A model generated the notes under the pieces. That model was not told the DNA's origin. It saw only the letters and a list, made by a program, of their open reading frames with translations, and did not search any database. From an uncultured virus (IMG/VR IMGVR_UViG_3300037467_000874) (taxonomy: Duplodnaviria > Heunggongvirae > Uroviricota > Caudoviricetes): a stretch of 55,156 nt of DNA. A program made the position numbers and the translations under genes. Where the stretch lies: IMG/VR virus record IMGVR_UViG_3300037467_000874; one strand, written 5' to 3'. Of the stretch, positions 9,442 to 18,724 are shown piece by piece (positions within the stretch are counted from its first letter, which is position 1; each line of letters begins with the position of its first letter).

Positions 9442-11058
9442 TTAATAAGCTCTATCATCAAATATTTTACACCAACCAACCTCATGCCACGAATTATTAT
9501 TCAAATCAGCCCTGAGAATAAGAATATCCTGACCCATCTTATTGTCTTTGCCACGACGATTTTTTGGAGTGAAAATGGCATAATAGATATTCTCATATTT
9601 CTTACCCTTATGTTCTGTGAATCTAGGAAGCTTAAATGTCTCTGGATTATAGTCTTTTGTTTGGTCATGGAATGGATTATCAGGGTCAGTTTTTACATAT
9701 TTCCAAGCTTCAATTGCGTTGTCTCCGCCTTCATATTCATCATCCCAAAGTGCTCTACCCATAAACATAACAGATGCTTCGTTTTTTATCTTCTTAGAGT
9801 CTCCAAGAGCATGTTCATTCAAAAACCTACGTGTCAATGCAGTGTCGGCAAGTTGTACATTAACCCACATTCTAAGGTTTAAGCCACCACCGTTAGGACG
9901 GCAAAGTTTATACAACTCTTTAAAGTCTTCAGTGAAGCGTTCCCATCTTGCCATAGAGAATGCTCCATCGCCTTCAGACGGTTTACCTGTATCAATGAGC
10001 ACAGATTTATATCCACGGTTAGCATAGTGACGAATAAGCTTCTTCACGTCGCTCATGATGTAATCTTCCATAAAAGTGAAGGCTACAACTTTTTCGTCGA
10101 AATTTTGAAGTCCTTCAAGCCATGCTATTGCATCTTCAATTTTCTTTCTTTCGTCTTCAGTAAATTCGCCTTCATTCATACGTTGACGTTTCAAGAATAC
10201 CTTTTTAATACCTAGAACAGTTGCAACCATGAGCTTCCTGAAATCTTCTATGCCTTGTTCATTCGCAATGATTAACAGCTTTTCTTTCTTGTCAATACAT
10301 GACATAATAACTTTATTAAAAATCAAACTTGTCTTACCAGAGCCACCAAAACCTCCATAGATATATAGACATCCTAAATCCCATCCTGTAGAAATATTAG
10401 TCCACATTCTGCTGTCATAGAATGGAAGTCCAATGCTAGGATTCTTATCCCAATTCTCTAGTGATTCACGCATTTTCTGTTTGTCAAGTAAGAAGTGTTC
10501 TTCGTATCTTGCGTCTCCATCCATTGCAAGTTTATTAACCTTGTCAAGCCAGTAAGTGTGCAATTGATCTTTATTCATTCGTTTATAATCATACTTATCA
10601 GTGCATTCAACAACTTGCGGGCCAAACATATTAAGTAGCTGGATAACCATTCCATACTTCTTTACCTCTTTGTAGTATCCATCAAGGTTTTCTTCAAACC
10701 CCTCTACTTCTTCTTGAACCTCTCTAACTGATTCAAAGCCTCCGTATTTATCGAAATGCTTTTCAAGCTTAAGTTCTTGAATACATTTCATGATAGAAAT
10801 GTCATCAAACTTTTTAATATGTTTTTCAGAGTACATATATCGTCCAAGTCCAAACCAAAATCCCCAATTTGGATTCAAAAACGATTCTGTATCAAGTTTT
10901 TCTTTTGGAGTAAAATCATATTGTGCTGGATCATTCCAAAATAGTGCTGTTATATATGCCTCTGGAATAATTACTTCCTCTTTAAGTTTATCAATAATTT
11001 CTTTGTTTGGATTTGGCTTTTTAGTTGGTTTAGTTGTTTTTGTATTTCTTGTAGCCAT
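9442..11058 (-). CDS. Replicative DnaB-like (SF4) helicase (SPbeta YorI-like)
   Basis: Walker A GGFGGSGKT, IANEQ, VLIDTGK, VQL and KNRRG motifs; near the primase. Confidence 0.85.
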   Translation of the reverse strand: MATRNTKTTKPTKKPNPNKEIIDKLKEEVIIPEAYITALFWNDPAQYDFTPKEKLDTESFLNPNWGFWFGLGRYMYSEKHIKKFDDISIMKCIQELKLEKHFDKYGGFESVREVQEEVEGFEENLDGYYKEVKKYGMVIQLLNMFGPQVVECTDKYDYKRMNKDQLHTYWLDKVNKLAMDGDARYEEHFLLDKQKMRESLENWDKNPSIGLPFYDSRMWTNISTGWDLGCLYIYGGFGGSGKTSLIFNKVIMSCIDKKEKLLIIANEQGIEDFRKLMVATVLGIKKVFLKRQRMNEGEFTEDERKKIEDAIAWLEGLQNFDEKVVAFTFMEDYIMSDVKKLIRHYANRGYKSVLIDTGKPSEGDGAFSMARWERFTEDFKELYKLCRPNGGGLNLRMWVNVQLADTALTRRFLNEHALGDSKKIKNEASVMFMGRALWDDEYEGGDNAIEAWKYVKTDPDNPFHDQTKDYNPETFKLPRFTEHKGKKYENIYYAIFTPKNRRGKDNKMGQDILILRADLNNNSWHEVGWCKIFDDRAY

Positions 11059-11075
11059 ACAATCACCCTTTCAAT

Positions 11076-11107
11076 AAATAAAAGAGACTAGCTTTTCAGC
11101 CAGTCTC
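11076..11107 (-). terminator. Intrinsic terminator
   Basis: Minus-strand stem-loop GAGACTGGCT-GAAA-AGCTAGTCTC followed by TTTTATTT. Confidence 0.6.
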
Positions 11108-11114
11108 GCCATAA

Positions 11115-12116
11115 TTAAACTACAATTTCAGGCAAGTCTTCGATTGTCTTTCCTTCAACCAATTTAATCTCACCATTTTCAAATTTCTGTTTAAACTTTT
11201 TTACAAAATCTTTATCGTATCGTGCAATAATCTCTGGATAATTTTCGATTGCAAAGTCTCTGAACCATCCAGAACATAGCGTAGTGCATATACGCTTCAC
11301 AGCACGTTTGTAACAGTCAAGTGGGTCTTGCCATCCTTCTGCATGTGGAATGATGTATCGTTCAAGAGAGATAGTGTACGCCTCTTCCTGTACACATTGA
11401 ATCTGCATTTCCTTTGGAAGCGCAAAGAACATATCCTTCTCGCACCAAGCCTTGTCAAAATCCCTCTTCATCATCTCATACACTGGCTTGTCATGATGTT
11501 TAACCATCTGATGGATATCATCGTGAATGAAGTACCGTTTAACCGCAAGCTTGGAACTAAAGAAATCTTCATTAGTTACATTCAGTTTAGGAGTCTTAAA
11601 CTTTTTGTAACGTTCTTTAGCTTCATCACTGCGAAGTTCGTAATATTTCTCCATAAATTTGTCTTGCTGGTAATTGAAGTTGTCATAATTGTATTTAAGA
11701 AGTTCAAGAATGTGATGATAATCTGCAATATTCTTCTCAAAGTGAACTGGATAAATAATGTGAGACTTCTTTGTCAAGAATTGATATTCCAGATAGATTG
11801 TATTATAAACTTCTCCGAACACTCCATGTACTTCTAGAGAAGAACAAGTTTCAGTCATGTTGTCAAGAAGAAAAGCAGATGATGTTCCTTTTAATCCAAG
11901 TTCAATCTCATATTGTTTCTCAGAACCGTCTTTTGTATAAACAATAGCTTTAAATTTATTGTTTCCAGTTGGATAAATCTTCTTGATGAAATCTTGATTG
12001 TCATTGCTCCACTTCTGGAAGTCTTCAACGCTCATGATGACATCAAAATCGGAGCTAATAAATCGTTTATCGCCTTGTCTATTAACAAGCATTGCCTTTG
12101 AACCAATAGCTATCAT
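11115..12116 (-). CDS. Phage protein with N-terminal nucleotidyltransferase-like GS...DxD signature
   Basis: MIAIGSKA...SSDFDVI; HDDIH motif; 333 aa. Confidence 0.6.
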   Translation of the reverse strand: MIAIGSKAMLVNRQGDKRFISSDFDVIMSVEDFQKWSNDNQDFIKKIYPTGNNKFKAIVYTKDGSEKQYEIELGLKGTSSAFLLDNMTETCSSLEVHGVFGEVYNTIYLEYQFLTKKSHIIYPVHFEKNIADYHHILELLKYNYDNFNYQQDKFMEKYYELRSDEAKERYKKFKTPKLNVTNEDFFSSKLAVKRYFIHDDIHQMVKHHDKPVYEMMKRDFDKAWCEKDMFFALPKEMQIQCVQEEAYTISLERYIIPHAEGWQDPLDCYKRAVKRICTTLCSGWFRDFAIENYPEIIARYDKDFVKKFKQKFENGEIKLVEGKTIEDLPEIVV

Positions 12117-12136
12117 CTGCTTTATCTCCCTTCTAA

Positions 12137-12460
12137 TTAATTGTGTTCTTCGTCTTCTGGATCGTACTCATCTTCATAATCCTCATCATAGTAACTATCT
12201 TCATCCTCGTAATAAGAAGAACTTTCTTCCTCTTCCCAAACATCATCACGATACTTAGCTACAAGATCATCAGAATAGACATGGAATGGAACTTGTGGTT
12301 CAACATACGCACCATATACTGGATTATATCTAAGATCATGCACTACATTATAAGCATGTTCAAGCAAATCTTCTGTTGTAGCAATCTCATTATTTTGAAC
12401 AAACTCTTCAAGTTCTGCAAGCTTACCAGCGATAAATTCTACTTTTTCTTCAAATTTCAT
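12137..12460 (-). CDS. Acidic hypothetical protein
   Basis: 107 aa with a very Asp/Glu/Tyr-rich C-terminus; RBS and promoter upstream. Confidence 0.7.
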   Translation of the reverse strand: MKFEEKVEFIAGKLAELEEFVQNNEIATTEDLLEHAYNVVHDLRYNPVYGAYVEPQVPFHVYSDDLVAKYRDDVWEEEESSSYYEDEDSYYDEDYEDEYDPEDEEHN

Positions 12461-12506
12461 GTTTTAACATCTCCCATATTTTTATTTTATCTTCCATCTG
12501 TAAAGA

Positions 12507-12535
12507 ATTATAGCACTAATTTACTAGATTGTCAA
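12507..12535 (-). promoter_or_regulatory. sigmaA-type promoter
   Basis: TTGACA-17 bp-TATAAT with extended -10 TG. Confidence 0.8.
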
Positions 12536-12544
12536 TCGGTTTTA

Positions 12545-12826
12545 TTATTCCCATCCATATTTGTTGGAAGCTATTTCCATAATCTCTTCAAGAGTTTCGG
12601 CAGAGATTGTTTCCCTGTAACTTCCGTAAACCATAATTTCACAATGGAACATAGAATCTTCATACCAAACTGATCCATAGAAATTCCATGCTGGATATCC
12701 AGCATAAGTTGACTCATTCGTTCGAAGAGTAAATTCAACATCTCTATTAACCTCATGGTCAAAGTTAGACATCACCATTTCGCTAAGTTCATCGCTATTC
12801 ATTTTGTCAAGTCTCTTATAGTTCAT
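12545..12826 (-). CDS. Hypothetical protein
   Basis: 93-aa ORF. Confidence 0.65.
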   Translation of the reverse strand: MNYKRLDKMNSDELSEMVMSNFDHEVNRDVEFTLRTNESTYAGYPAWNFYGSVWYEDSMFHCEIMVYGSYRETISAETLEEIMEIASNKYGWE

Positions 12827-12830
12827 TTGT

Positions 12831-13025
12831 TTATTCCGCCTTTTTAATGTTTTGGTTTACTTCGTTCACAAAATAATAAATCCACTTTCCACAATCTGTA
12901 TAGACAAATTTACCAATAGTATCAAACTTAATAGTTCCAGTTAGGCTAACAACATTTCTAGATTGATTGAATGGAGAATCGAGAAGAACAACTTTATCGT
13001 TAGTTTTAAGCATTGTTCTCACCAT
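12831..13025 (-). CDS. Hypothetical protein
   Basis: 64-aa ORF in the gene run. Confidence 0.5.
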   Translation of the reverse strand: MVRTMLKTNDKVVLLDSPFNQSRNVVSLTGTIKFDTIGKFVYTDCGKWIYYFVNEVNQNIKKAE

Positions 13026-13204
13026 TTTAGGCTAGTAAGATAAGCTAATGTAAAGTTATTAACGCCAGTAATCTTCTGTTCAGTCGTTGATTTATCATCA
13101 TCAATAATTGTCTTAAACATCTCAATCATAGCACGACGTTTATCTGCTTCTCCTTCATAAATCAAGAAGAAATCAAGATATGGTTGAAGTTCGCCCATTA
13201 CCAA
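13019..13204 (-). CDS. Hypothetical protein
   Basis: 61-aa ORF overlapping its neighbours. Confidence 0.5.
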   Translation of the reverse strand: MVMGELQPYLDFFLIYEGEADKRRAMIEMFKTIIDDDKSTTEQKITGVNNFTLAYLTSLKW

Positions 13205-13431
13205 ATCTCACTTTCATGTCTCTTTACTATAATCCATCCGCCTTCTTCAAAATATTTCTCAACTTCTTCACAAGCATATGCTGTAAAGCTAGGATAAGGC
13301 CTTGGATTAATTTTACTATTAAAGAATACAAGATAATCTCCACTTTCGGCTTTTACAGCATGATATACAATATCATCAGTAAACATAATGTCTTTAGATA
13401 GTTTAAACTCAATTACTTCAATTGTTTTCAT
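13198..13431 (-). CDS. Hypothetical protein
   Basis: 77-aa ORF with ATGA overlap to the upstream gene. Confidence 0.6.
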   Translation of the reverse strand: MKTIEVIEFKLSKDIMFTDDIVYHAVKAESGDYLVFFNSKINPRPYPSFTAYACEEVEKYFEEGGWIIVKRHESEIW

Positions 13432-13835
13432 TTTTGTTCTCTCCTTAAAAAGTTATCAAGTGCTTCTTTCCCACGCCAATTAAGCTCATCATATTTTACA
13501 AGAATATTCATTCCTATCAAGAAACTACAATCATCTCTCCAAGTAATTTCATCTAAACAAACAATATAAAATTCTCTGTCCTTTAATCTGGCTGTCACAG
13601 GCCAGTCAAGTCTCCATTTGACAATATAAATTTTACCTTCATGTAAAACACCTAGAGTTGTAGCGTAATTACAAACATTTCTACTAGGAAGACTTAATTT
13701 TATTTCAGATTCAGTTTCACGATCTAATCGTACAATTCTTTCATTAATTGGTGTTTCGCTTAATTCCAAATTTCTTTTAAGCCCAATTAACTCTAAAGTG
13801 TTAAGGATATTATTAAATACTTTGTTGTTGTCCAT
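13428..13835 (-). CDS. Hypothetical protein
   Basis: 135-aa ORF with RBS. Confidence 0.6.
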   Translation of the reverse strand: MDNNKVFNNILNTLELIGLKRNLELSETPINERIVRLDRETESEIKLSLPSRNVCNYATTLGVLHEGKIYIVKWRLDWPVTARLKDREFYIVCLDEITWRDDCSFLIGMNILVKYDELNWRGKEALDNFLRREQK

Positions 13836-13847
13836 TTCTTCATCTCC

Positions 13848-14465
13848 TTAATCAAGAAATTCTGAAATATCATTTACATCTTTCTGTTTCTTAAACTTGA
13901 CTTCACGTTGTTCAAATTCTACTGCATCATCATCTGTAAATTTAGCAGAAGCTTTTTCTTCTTCAATTTGTTTCTTCAGAATAGCACGTTCTTGTTTTTT
14001 CTTGACCAATGAGATTTTATCTACAACAATTGAAAGACAATACCTTAACTCTGCTACAGTTCCATCAAATTTCTTATTCTCTCGCCAGTATTTGATATTG
14101 TCTTTGCAGAAAACATAAGTGTCAGCAATTAACTTGTAAGAGAATCCTTCTTTACTTTTCTTAACTTTCTTGCCCATCTTGAAGTTGCCATTACGCAATC
14201 CTTGAAGATAACCGCTGAAGAATTGACTTGGAACTATATCTAGACCATGAATATCTTTTATAACCTCGTTTAAGTAGTCGCGTTCTTCGTTTTCTTTTTT
14301 AAGAAATTCTTTCTCTGCAAGAAACTGATTCCAGCATTCACCTTTATGATAATACTTGCGAACAACTGAACCACTATCATATTCAATTGTGTCACATTCC
14401 ATTTCTTTCTTGTCAGTGTCTTTGAGGTTACAAAAATTACACTTTACTATTGCCATTCCACTCAC
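13848..14465 (-). CDS. Hypothetical protein with N-terminal CxxC...HxxxC zinc site (replication-module associated)
   Basis: KCNFC...YYHKGEC; C-terminal DISEFLD; sits between the AAA/SSB genes and the helicase. Confidence 0.65.
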   Translation of the reverse strand: MSGMAIVKCNFCNLKDTDKKEMECDTIEYDSGSVVRKYYHKGECWNQFLAEKEFLKKENEERDYLNEVIKDIHGLDIVPSQFFSGYLQGLRNGNFKMGKKVKKSKEGFSYKLIADTYVFCKDNIKYWRENKKFDGTVAELRYCLSIVVDKISLVKKKQERAILKKQIEEEKASAKFTDDDAVEFEQREVKFKKQKDVNDISEFLD

Positions 14466-14865
14466 CCACTATATTAATTATCTGGATTGGTGAATCTTCC
14501 CCAAGACCTCTTTTAAGTTGTTTAATGTGAACGCGGGATGGTTTAATAACGCTCTTTACGAACTTGAAAGCCCTGTAGGGATCAACTGTTTCTCCACACG
14601 TATAACAATCAAACGAAATATAGCCTTTTTGCGGATAGGTATGAAATGATGCATGTGACTCTGACAAGAGAATTAATACAGTACATCCGTTTGGTTCAAA
14701 CTGTCTTGAAACTACATCCAAAACCGTTGCTCCTGCATCTTCAGCGGCACATATCAACAATCCTTCAAGATACTTTAAATTATTTGTTTTATCAAAGTCT
14801 ACTCCCCAAAAATCAACTGTAATATGATTTCCTACAGTGGAGTATTCAACTTCCCGTTCTTCCAT
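14437..14865 (-). CDS. speD: S-adenosylmethionine decarboxylase proenzyme
   Basis: GNHITVD, FEPNGCT, self-cleavage motif LSESHASFHTYP, DCYTCG. Confidence 0.95.
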   Translation of the reverse strand: MEEREVEYSTVGNHITVDFWGVDFDKTNNLKYLEGLLICAAEDAGATVLDVVSRQFEPNGCTVLILLSESHASFHTYPQKGYISFDCYTCGETVDPYRAFKFVKSVIKPSRVHIKQLKRGLGEDSPIQIINIVGEWNGNSKV

Positions 14866-14951
14866 CTTTGATCATCCTTCTCCCTTCAAGTAGAAAGGGT
14901 AGAAGAATTTTATTACAAATTAATCTACCCTTTTATTTATTCTGTCATTTG

Positions 14952-15191
14952 CTATTCGAAAAATTCTTTCAACTTGTCTTGTGCTTTCTTGTGACTATCC
15001 ATTACCAATTCAGCTTCACGAATCTGTCTTTGCAGTTCTTCAGCATGTTCAATAGCAGTTTGACGATCCTTGTTCAGAATATCAATTGCCTTACCAAGTT
15101 TCGAATGAGCCTTTGCAAACATATTTGTTGCAGAACCAGCCAATCTCCTTGCTTTTCCTAATTTAATAGAAAACAGTTTGAATTTAAACAT
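14952..15191 (-). CDS. Coiled-coil hypothetical protein
   Basis: 79-aa ORF with RBS. Confidence 0.6.
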   Translation of the reverse strand: MFKFKLFSIKLGKARRLAGSATNMFAKAHSKLGKAIDILNKDRQTAIEHAEELQRQIREAELVMDSHKKAQDKLKEFFE

Positions 15192-15223
15192 TTTAACATC
15201 TCCCTTGTTTTGTTTTTATTTGT

Positions 15224-15463
15224 TTATTTTAATGTAAGTGAAAGCCGTTCTTTCGGAACAATTTTAATTCCATATCCAAAATAATCAATAAGATCATCAA
15301 TTTCTTCAAATCCTTCTTGATCAACAACAATTGTTCTAAGATCAAGACTGTAATATAAATCTTCATACTGAACAATCATGTGATAATTTTCCGATTGATC
15401 AATAATCAAATCTCCAAGATTTGCCTCAGGTTTTTTGTCGTCAAGCATATTGATGATTTCCAT
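15224..15463 (-). CDS. Hypothetical protein
   Basis: 79-aa ORF in the gene run. Confidence 0.6.
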   Translation of the reverse strand: MEIINMLDDKKPEANLGDLIIDQSENYHMIVQYEDLYYSLDLRTIVVDQEGFEEIDDLIDYFGYGIKIVPKERLSLTLK

Positions 15464-15465
15464 AT

Positions 15466-15729
15466 TTACACTTCCTCCACAGAAATATTAATTTTGTAAT
15501 CAAAACTGTGCATTTCTCCTACATGTCTAAGTTCTTCATCAAGGTCTTCGATTGCAATAATTACATATGAAAGCTCTTCTGCAATTGTTACTGCCTTATC
15601 TTCTTCTCCGTTGTCCTCTGCAATAAGTCCTTCTTTTGTTAGATAATAAAATTGATTCAACAAATCATATTTCTGTTTTTCCATATCATTGATTTCAGTA
15701 ATAACAATTTCTTTACTCATGTTGACCAT
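15466..15729 (-). CDS. Acidic hypothetical protein
   Basis: 87-aa ORF in the gene run. Confidence 0.6.
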   Translation of the reverse strand: MVNMSKEIVITEINDMEKQKYDLLNQFYYLTKEGLIAEDNGEEDKAVTIAEELSYVIIAIEDLDEELRHVGEMHSFDYKINISVEEV

Positions 15730-16015
15730 TCCTCTCTGCCTGTTTAGCTTTAAGTTGTTTAATCATAAACAGCAATCCATTTGCAAGACATTCCGCTTCT
15801 TCAATATTGATTGAAGCTACGCTTCCAACTGGAGATTCGTCAACAGAATCCCTTACACCAATAAAAAATGGCTTGCTATACAATCCTGTATCATTAGAAT
15901 ATTTTGCAGTATCTTCAAAATCAGTGTAATTCAAAGAGATATCAACTCTTGTAGAAGAATTTTCATCAGTAATTGTCAAATCATAGGTGTTCTTATTCTT
16001 AGATTCCATAATCAT
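15713..16015 (-). CDS. Hypothetical protein
   Basis: 100-aa ORF downstream of a promoter. Confidence 0.6.
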   Translation of the reverse strand: MIMESKNKNTYDLTITDENSSTRVDISLNYTDFEDTAKYSNDTGLYSKPFFIGVRDSVDESPVGSVASINIEEAECLANGLLFMIKQLKAKQAERNGQHE

Positions 16016-16053
16016 TGTTTATCACTCCATTATTAGTTTATCTGACAAGTTCT

Positions 16054-16082
16054 ATTCTACCATTTATTCTTACACTTGTCAA
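16054..16082 (-). promoter_or_regulatory. sigmaA-type promoter with conserved GTAAGAATAAATGG spacer
   Basis: TTGACA-agtgtaagaataaatgg-TAGAAT. Confidence 0.8.
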
Positions 16083-16108
16083 TAGTTTCTTTGGAAATAG
16101 TTTTACGC

Positions 16109-16633
16109 CTACCAAATTGATAACTCCTTTAGTATTTCTTTAAATACTTGATCAGAGGTTTTTTTGGTAGTATCAATATTTATAACAAAAGTATCGGTCT
16201 TATTATTGATAAATTTATCATAATGCATTTCATTGATCTTGGAAATCTCTTCCTTTTTAATATATTCATCTCCACGCTCTAACAATCTTTCTTTTATGGC
16301 TTCATCATTAGAATATAAGTGTATAACAATAAAATTATTTTTATTCATTTGCTCTTCTAATTCAATTGCCTGTTCTGAAGTTATGATTGTATACTTCGGA
16401 TATAGTGTAGCATAGATTAAATTACTATAAATAAATCTATCTATTACAATATTTTGTTTTAGTGATATGCTTTTAAAATGATTAAATAAATCCTCATTAC
16501 TGCCAGTTGCCAATTCAAAAGATGAACCTTTCACTAGATCAAATCCAAAATAATTACTAAGTTTATTTGCTACAGTTGTCTTATAATTACATTCATTACC
16601 CTCCAAAACAATACTGAATCCGCTTTTATTCAC
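16109..16633 (-). CDS. Deoxynucleotide/thymidylate kinase-like P-loop protein (SPbeta YorR-like)
   Basis: VLEGNECNYKTT P-loop, KGSSFELA, IDRFIYSNLIYA, RGDEYI. Confidence 0.85.
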   Translation of the reverse strand: MNKSGFSIVLEGNECNYKTTVANKLSNYFGFDLVKGSSFELATGSNEDLFNHFKSISLKQNIVIDRFIYSNLIYATLYPKYTIITSEQAIELEEQMNKNNFIVIHLYSNDEAIKERLLERGDEYIKKEEISKINEMHYDKFINNKTDTFVINIDTTKKTSDQVFKEILKELSIW

Positions 16634-16688
16634 ACAGTCACCTACCTAAAGAATTAGGCGCAACCAATAAAGTCTACGCCTAAAAAAA

Positions 16689-17447
16689 TTAACTTAATTT
16701 ACCTTTCGTCCGAAGGCTATTCTGAATTCCTCTAACCTTCTTGACATATGCATGATTAACACTATGCCTCTTTGCACCAGCAACACCAAAGCGATAACTT
16801 AAAATAACACGCTTCTCTAACTCAATACCTGAATATTTACTGTCCCAAGCGTCAATAAGTGTCGCTATGTAATGAATACCAACACGAATATTGTCTTCAG
16901 CATTAAATACATCAGGATTTCTTATGCCTAATTTCTTAGCCATAGGATAGAAGGTTGTGCGTGTATTGACTTGCATTAATCCACGGCTTGAATTGTCATA
17001 TGAAACTGTTTTTGCATTAAACGAGCTTTCAGATGATATAATTGCCAATACCAATTCATAATCAACATTTTCCTTTTTACACAAATCCCAAATAAAGGAT
17101 TGCATAGAGCTTGGTAAAGGAATTTCATACTTTCTGAAAGATTCAACCTTTTTTACTGTTGCCACTCTTTTAACAGTTTCGACAGTCTTAATATTCGGCT
17201 GAGCTTTCTTCACTTCTGTTTCCTTTTTTGTAGCTTCTGCTTTTCCCTTTTGTACGTTTAACGCCATCTCATTCACATGACTGTACTTAAAGAGAGGTAG
17301 TTCTAGCATTGTTGGTACATCAGCAACAATGCTAGGAACTTCAGAAACTTCATTACTGCCTACATTTGTAGGATTGGTTGTAAAAAGCGTACCGCTCGTC
17401 ACAGCCAATGAAACAACTAGCGCAATAACTACGTTCTTTCTATTCAT
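16689..17447 (-). CDS. Lytic transglycosylase (SLT domain) with N-terminal signal or anchor
   Basis: LAIISSESSF catalytic Glu, RGLMQVN, NIRVGIHYI; hydrophobic N-terminus. Confidence 0.88.
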   Translation of the reverse strand: MNRKNVVIALVVSLAVTSGTLFTTNPTNVGSNEVSEVPSIVADVPTMLELPLFKYSHVNEMALNVQKGKAEATKKETEVKKAQPNIKTVETVKRVATVKKVESFRKYEIPLPSSMQSFIWDLCKKENVDYELVLAIISSESSFNAKTVSYDNSSRGLMQVNTRTTFYPMAKKLGIRNPDVFNAEDNIRVGIHYIATLIDAWDSKYSGIELEKRVILSYRFGVAGAKRHSVNHAYVKKVRGIQNSLRTKGKLS

Positions 17448-17500
17448 ATGCTACCCTCAAATCTATTAAGTTTTTGTTAAAACATGATGTTAGAGGTAGA

Positions 17501-18634
17501 TTATCCCACAATTTCCCCTACTAAGTCAAGGCATTTCTGAAGAAGTTCAACATCATCAATCTTAGAATAATTAGCCGTACCTCCAAGAATTGTTTTAAAA
17601 CCAGATGTGACTTTTACTTTTTGCTTGGAATCAAGAGCTTTAACAGCAGTATTGAGAGATTCAATTAGCTCTTCAGCGGTTGCAGAATCACTTCCGCTTT
17701 CGGATTTATAAGAATCAATATACTCTTGTGCCGCCGCTTCACGCTTCTCAGCTTGTTCACGCTTGATTTGTTCAAGGTTTACACCAGAATCAAATTCAGA
17801 CTGAACAGCATTTCGGAAGACTTCAAGAAATTCTTGCACATCATATTCGATACGATTAGGAACATTTTGAAAGCGAGAGCCAGCAATGGAAACGTAGTCA
17901 TCGCTACGGAAGTTGATGTACCTTTTAGATACTAAGTTTTTGCCACTCTTCTCCGCTTCAACAGTAAGGAATACAATAAAGTCTGCCATATTAACAAACA
18001 CTTCATTAGCACTTGCAGAAAGCGATAGAGTCAATTGGTCATATGTTGCACCATTTTTCTCTTCTACTTTTTTATCTTTGCTATGAGTAATTGCAAAAAT
18101 TCCATAACCAGCTTTTTGCAGTTTGGCAATAGAATCTCTTACTTTTTTCTTTGCCAGATTCGTCCCAACTCCGAAGCCTTGATTACTATTTCCCTTTGCT
18201 CCAACTCCACCAATTTCATTAGTACGTTTAGATGGATTTTTAGCATTCCACTCTTGAATTACAAGATCAATTGCCATATCCATCATAATATCAACTGTGT
18301 CTAAAGCAAGGAGCTTGAGTCCATATTCTTCTTTGTTTTCTACAAGATCGTCAACAATATCCTCCCAGTCATTCCAGTCATCAACATCAACAGCTTTGAC
18401 CTTCAGGGCCGAATATCCTTTTTCAAAACCAATAATCAATCCGCTGTCAGTATTTCCAAAGTATTCTTCAGCAACTTTTGCGAACAGTGACGACTTACCA
18501 GCCTTAGCGACCCCCGCAACTACCCAAAAATAATCTTCAATCGCAACCTTTGGTACATTTACTTTAAGATTTTTTAATTTAGACATATTATTTCCTCCTG
18601 TGAATTTTTTAGATTCACAGGAAGCATTCTTCAT
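17501..18634 (-). CDS. AAA_24-type P-loop ATPase (SPbeta YorG / Sak4-like)
   Basis: GVAKAGKSS, FEKG, LALDTVD, ITHSKD, AGSRF. Likely start MSKLKN, preceded by AGGAGG. Confidence 0.8.
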   Translation of the reverse strand: MKNASCESKKFTGGNNMSKLKNLKVNVPKVAIEDYFWVVAGVAKAGKSSLFAKVAEEYFGNTDSGLIIGFEKGYSALKVKAVDVDDWNDWEDIVDDLVENKEEYGLKLLALDTVDIMMDMAIDLVIQEWNAKNPSKRTNEIGGVGAKGNSNQGFGVGTNLAKKKVRDSIAKLQKAGYGIFAITHSKDKKVEEKNGATYDQLTLSLSASANEVFVNMADFIVFLTVEAEKSGKNLVSKRYINFRSDDYVSIAGSRFQNVPNRIEYDVQEFLEVFRNAVQSEFDSGVNLEQIKREQAEKREAAAQEYIDSYKSESGSDSATAEELIESLNTAVKALDSKQKVKVTSGFKTILGGTANYSKIDDVELLQKCLDLVGEIVG

Positions 18635-18724
18635 GCGTTGCCAAGTAAATATATTAAAAGTTTATTTTGTTTTGTTAACCTGACATTCCTGTGTGTTTAA
18701 TTTACTCTGTTATTTAGTGCTAAA

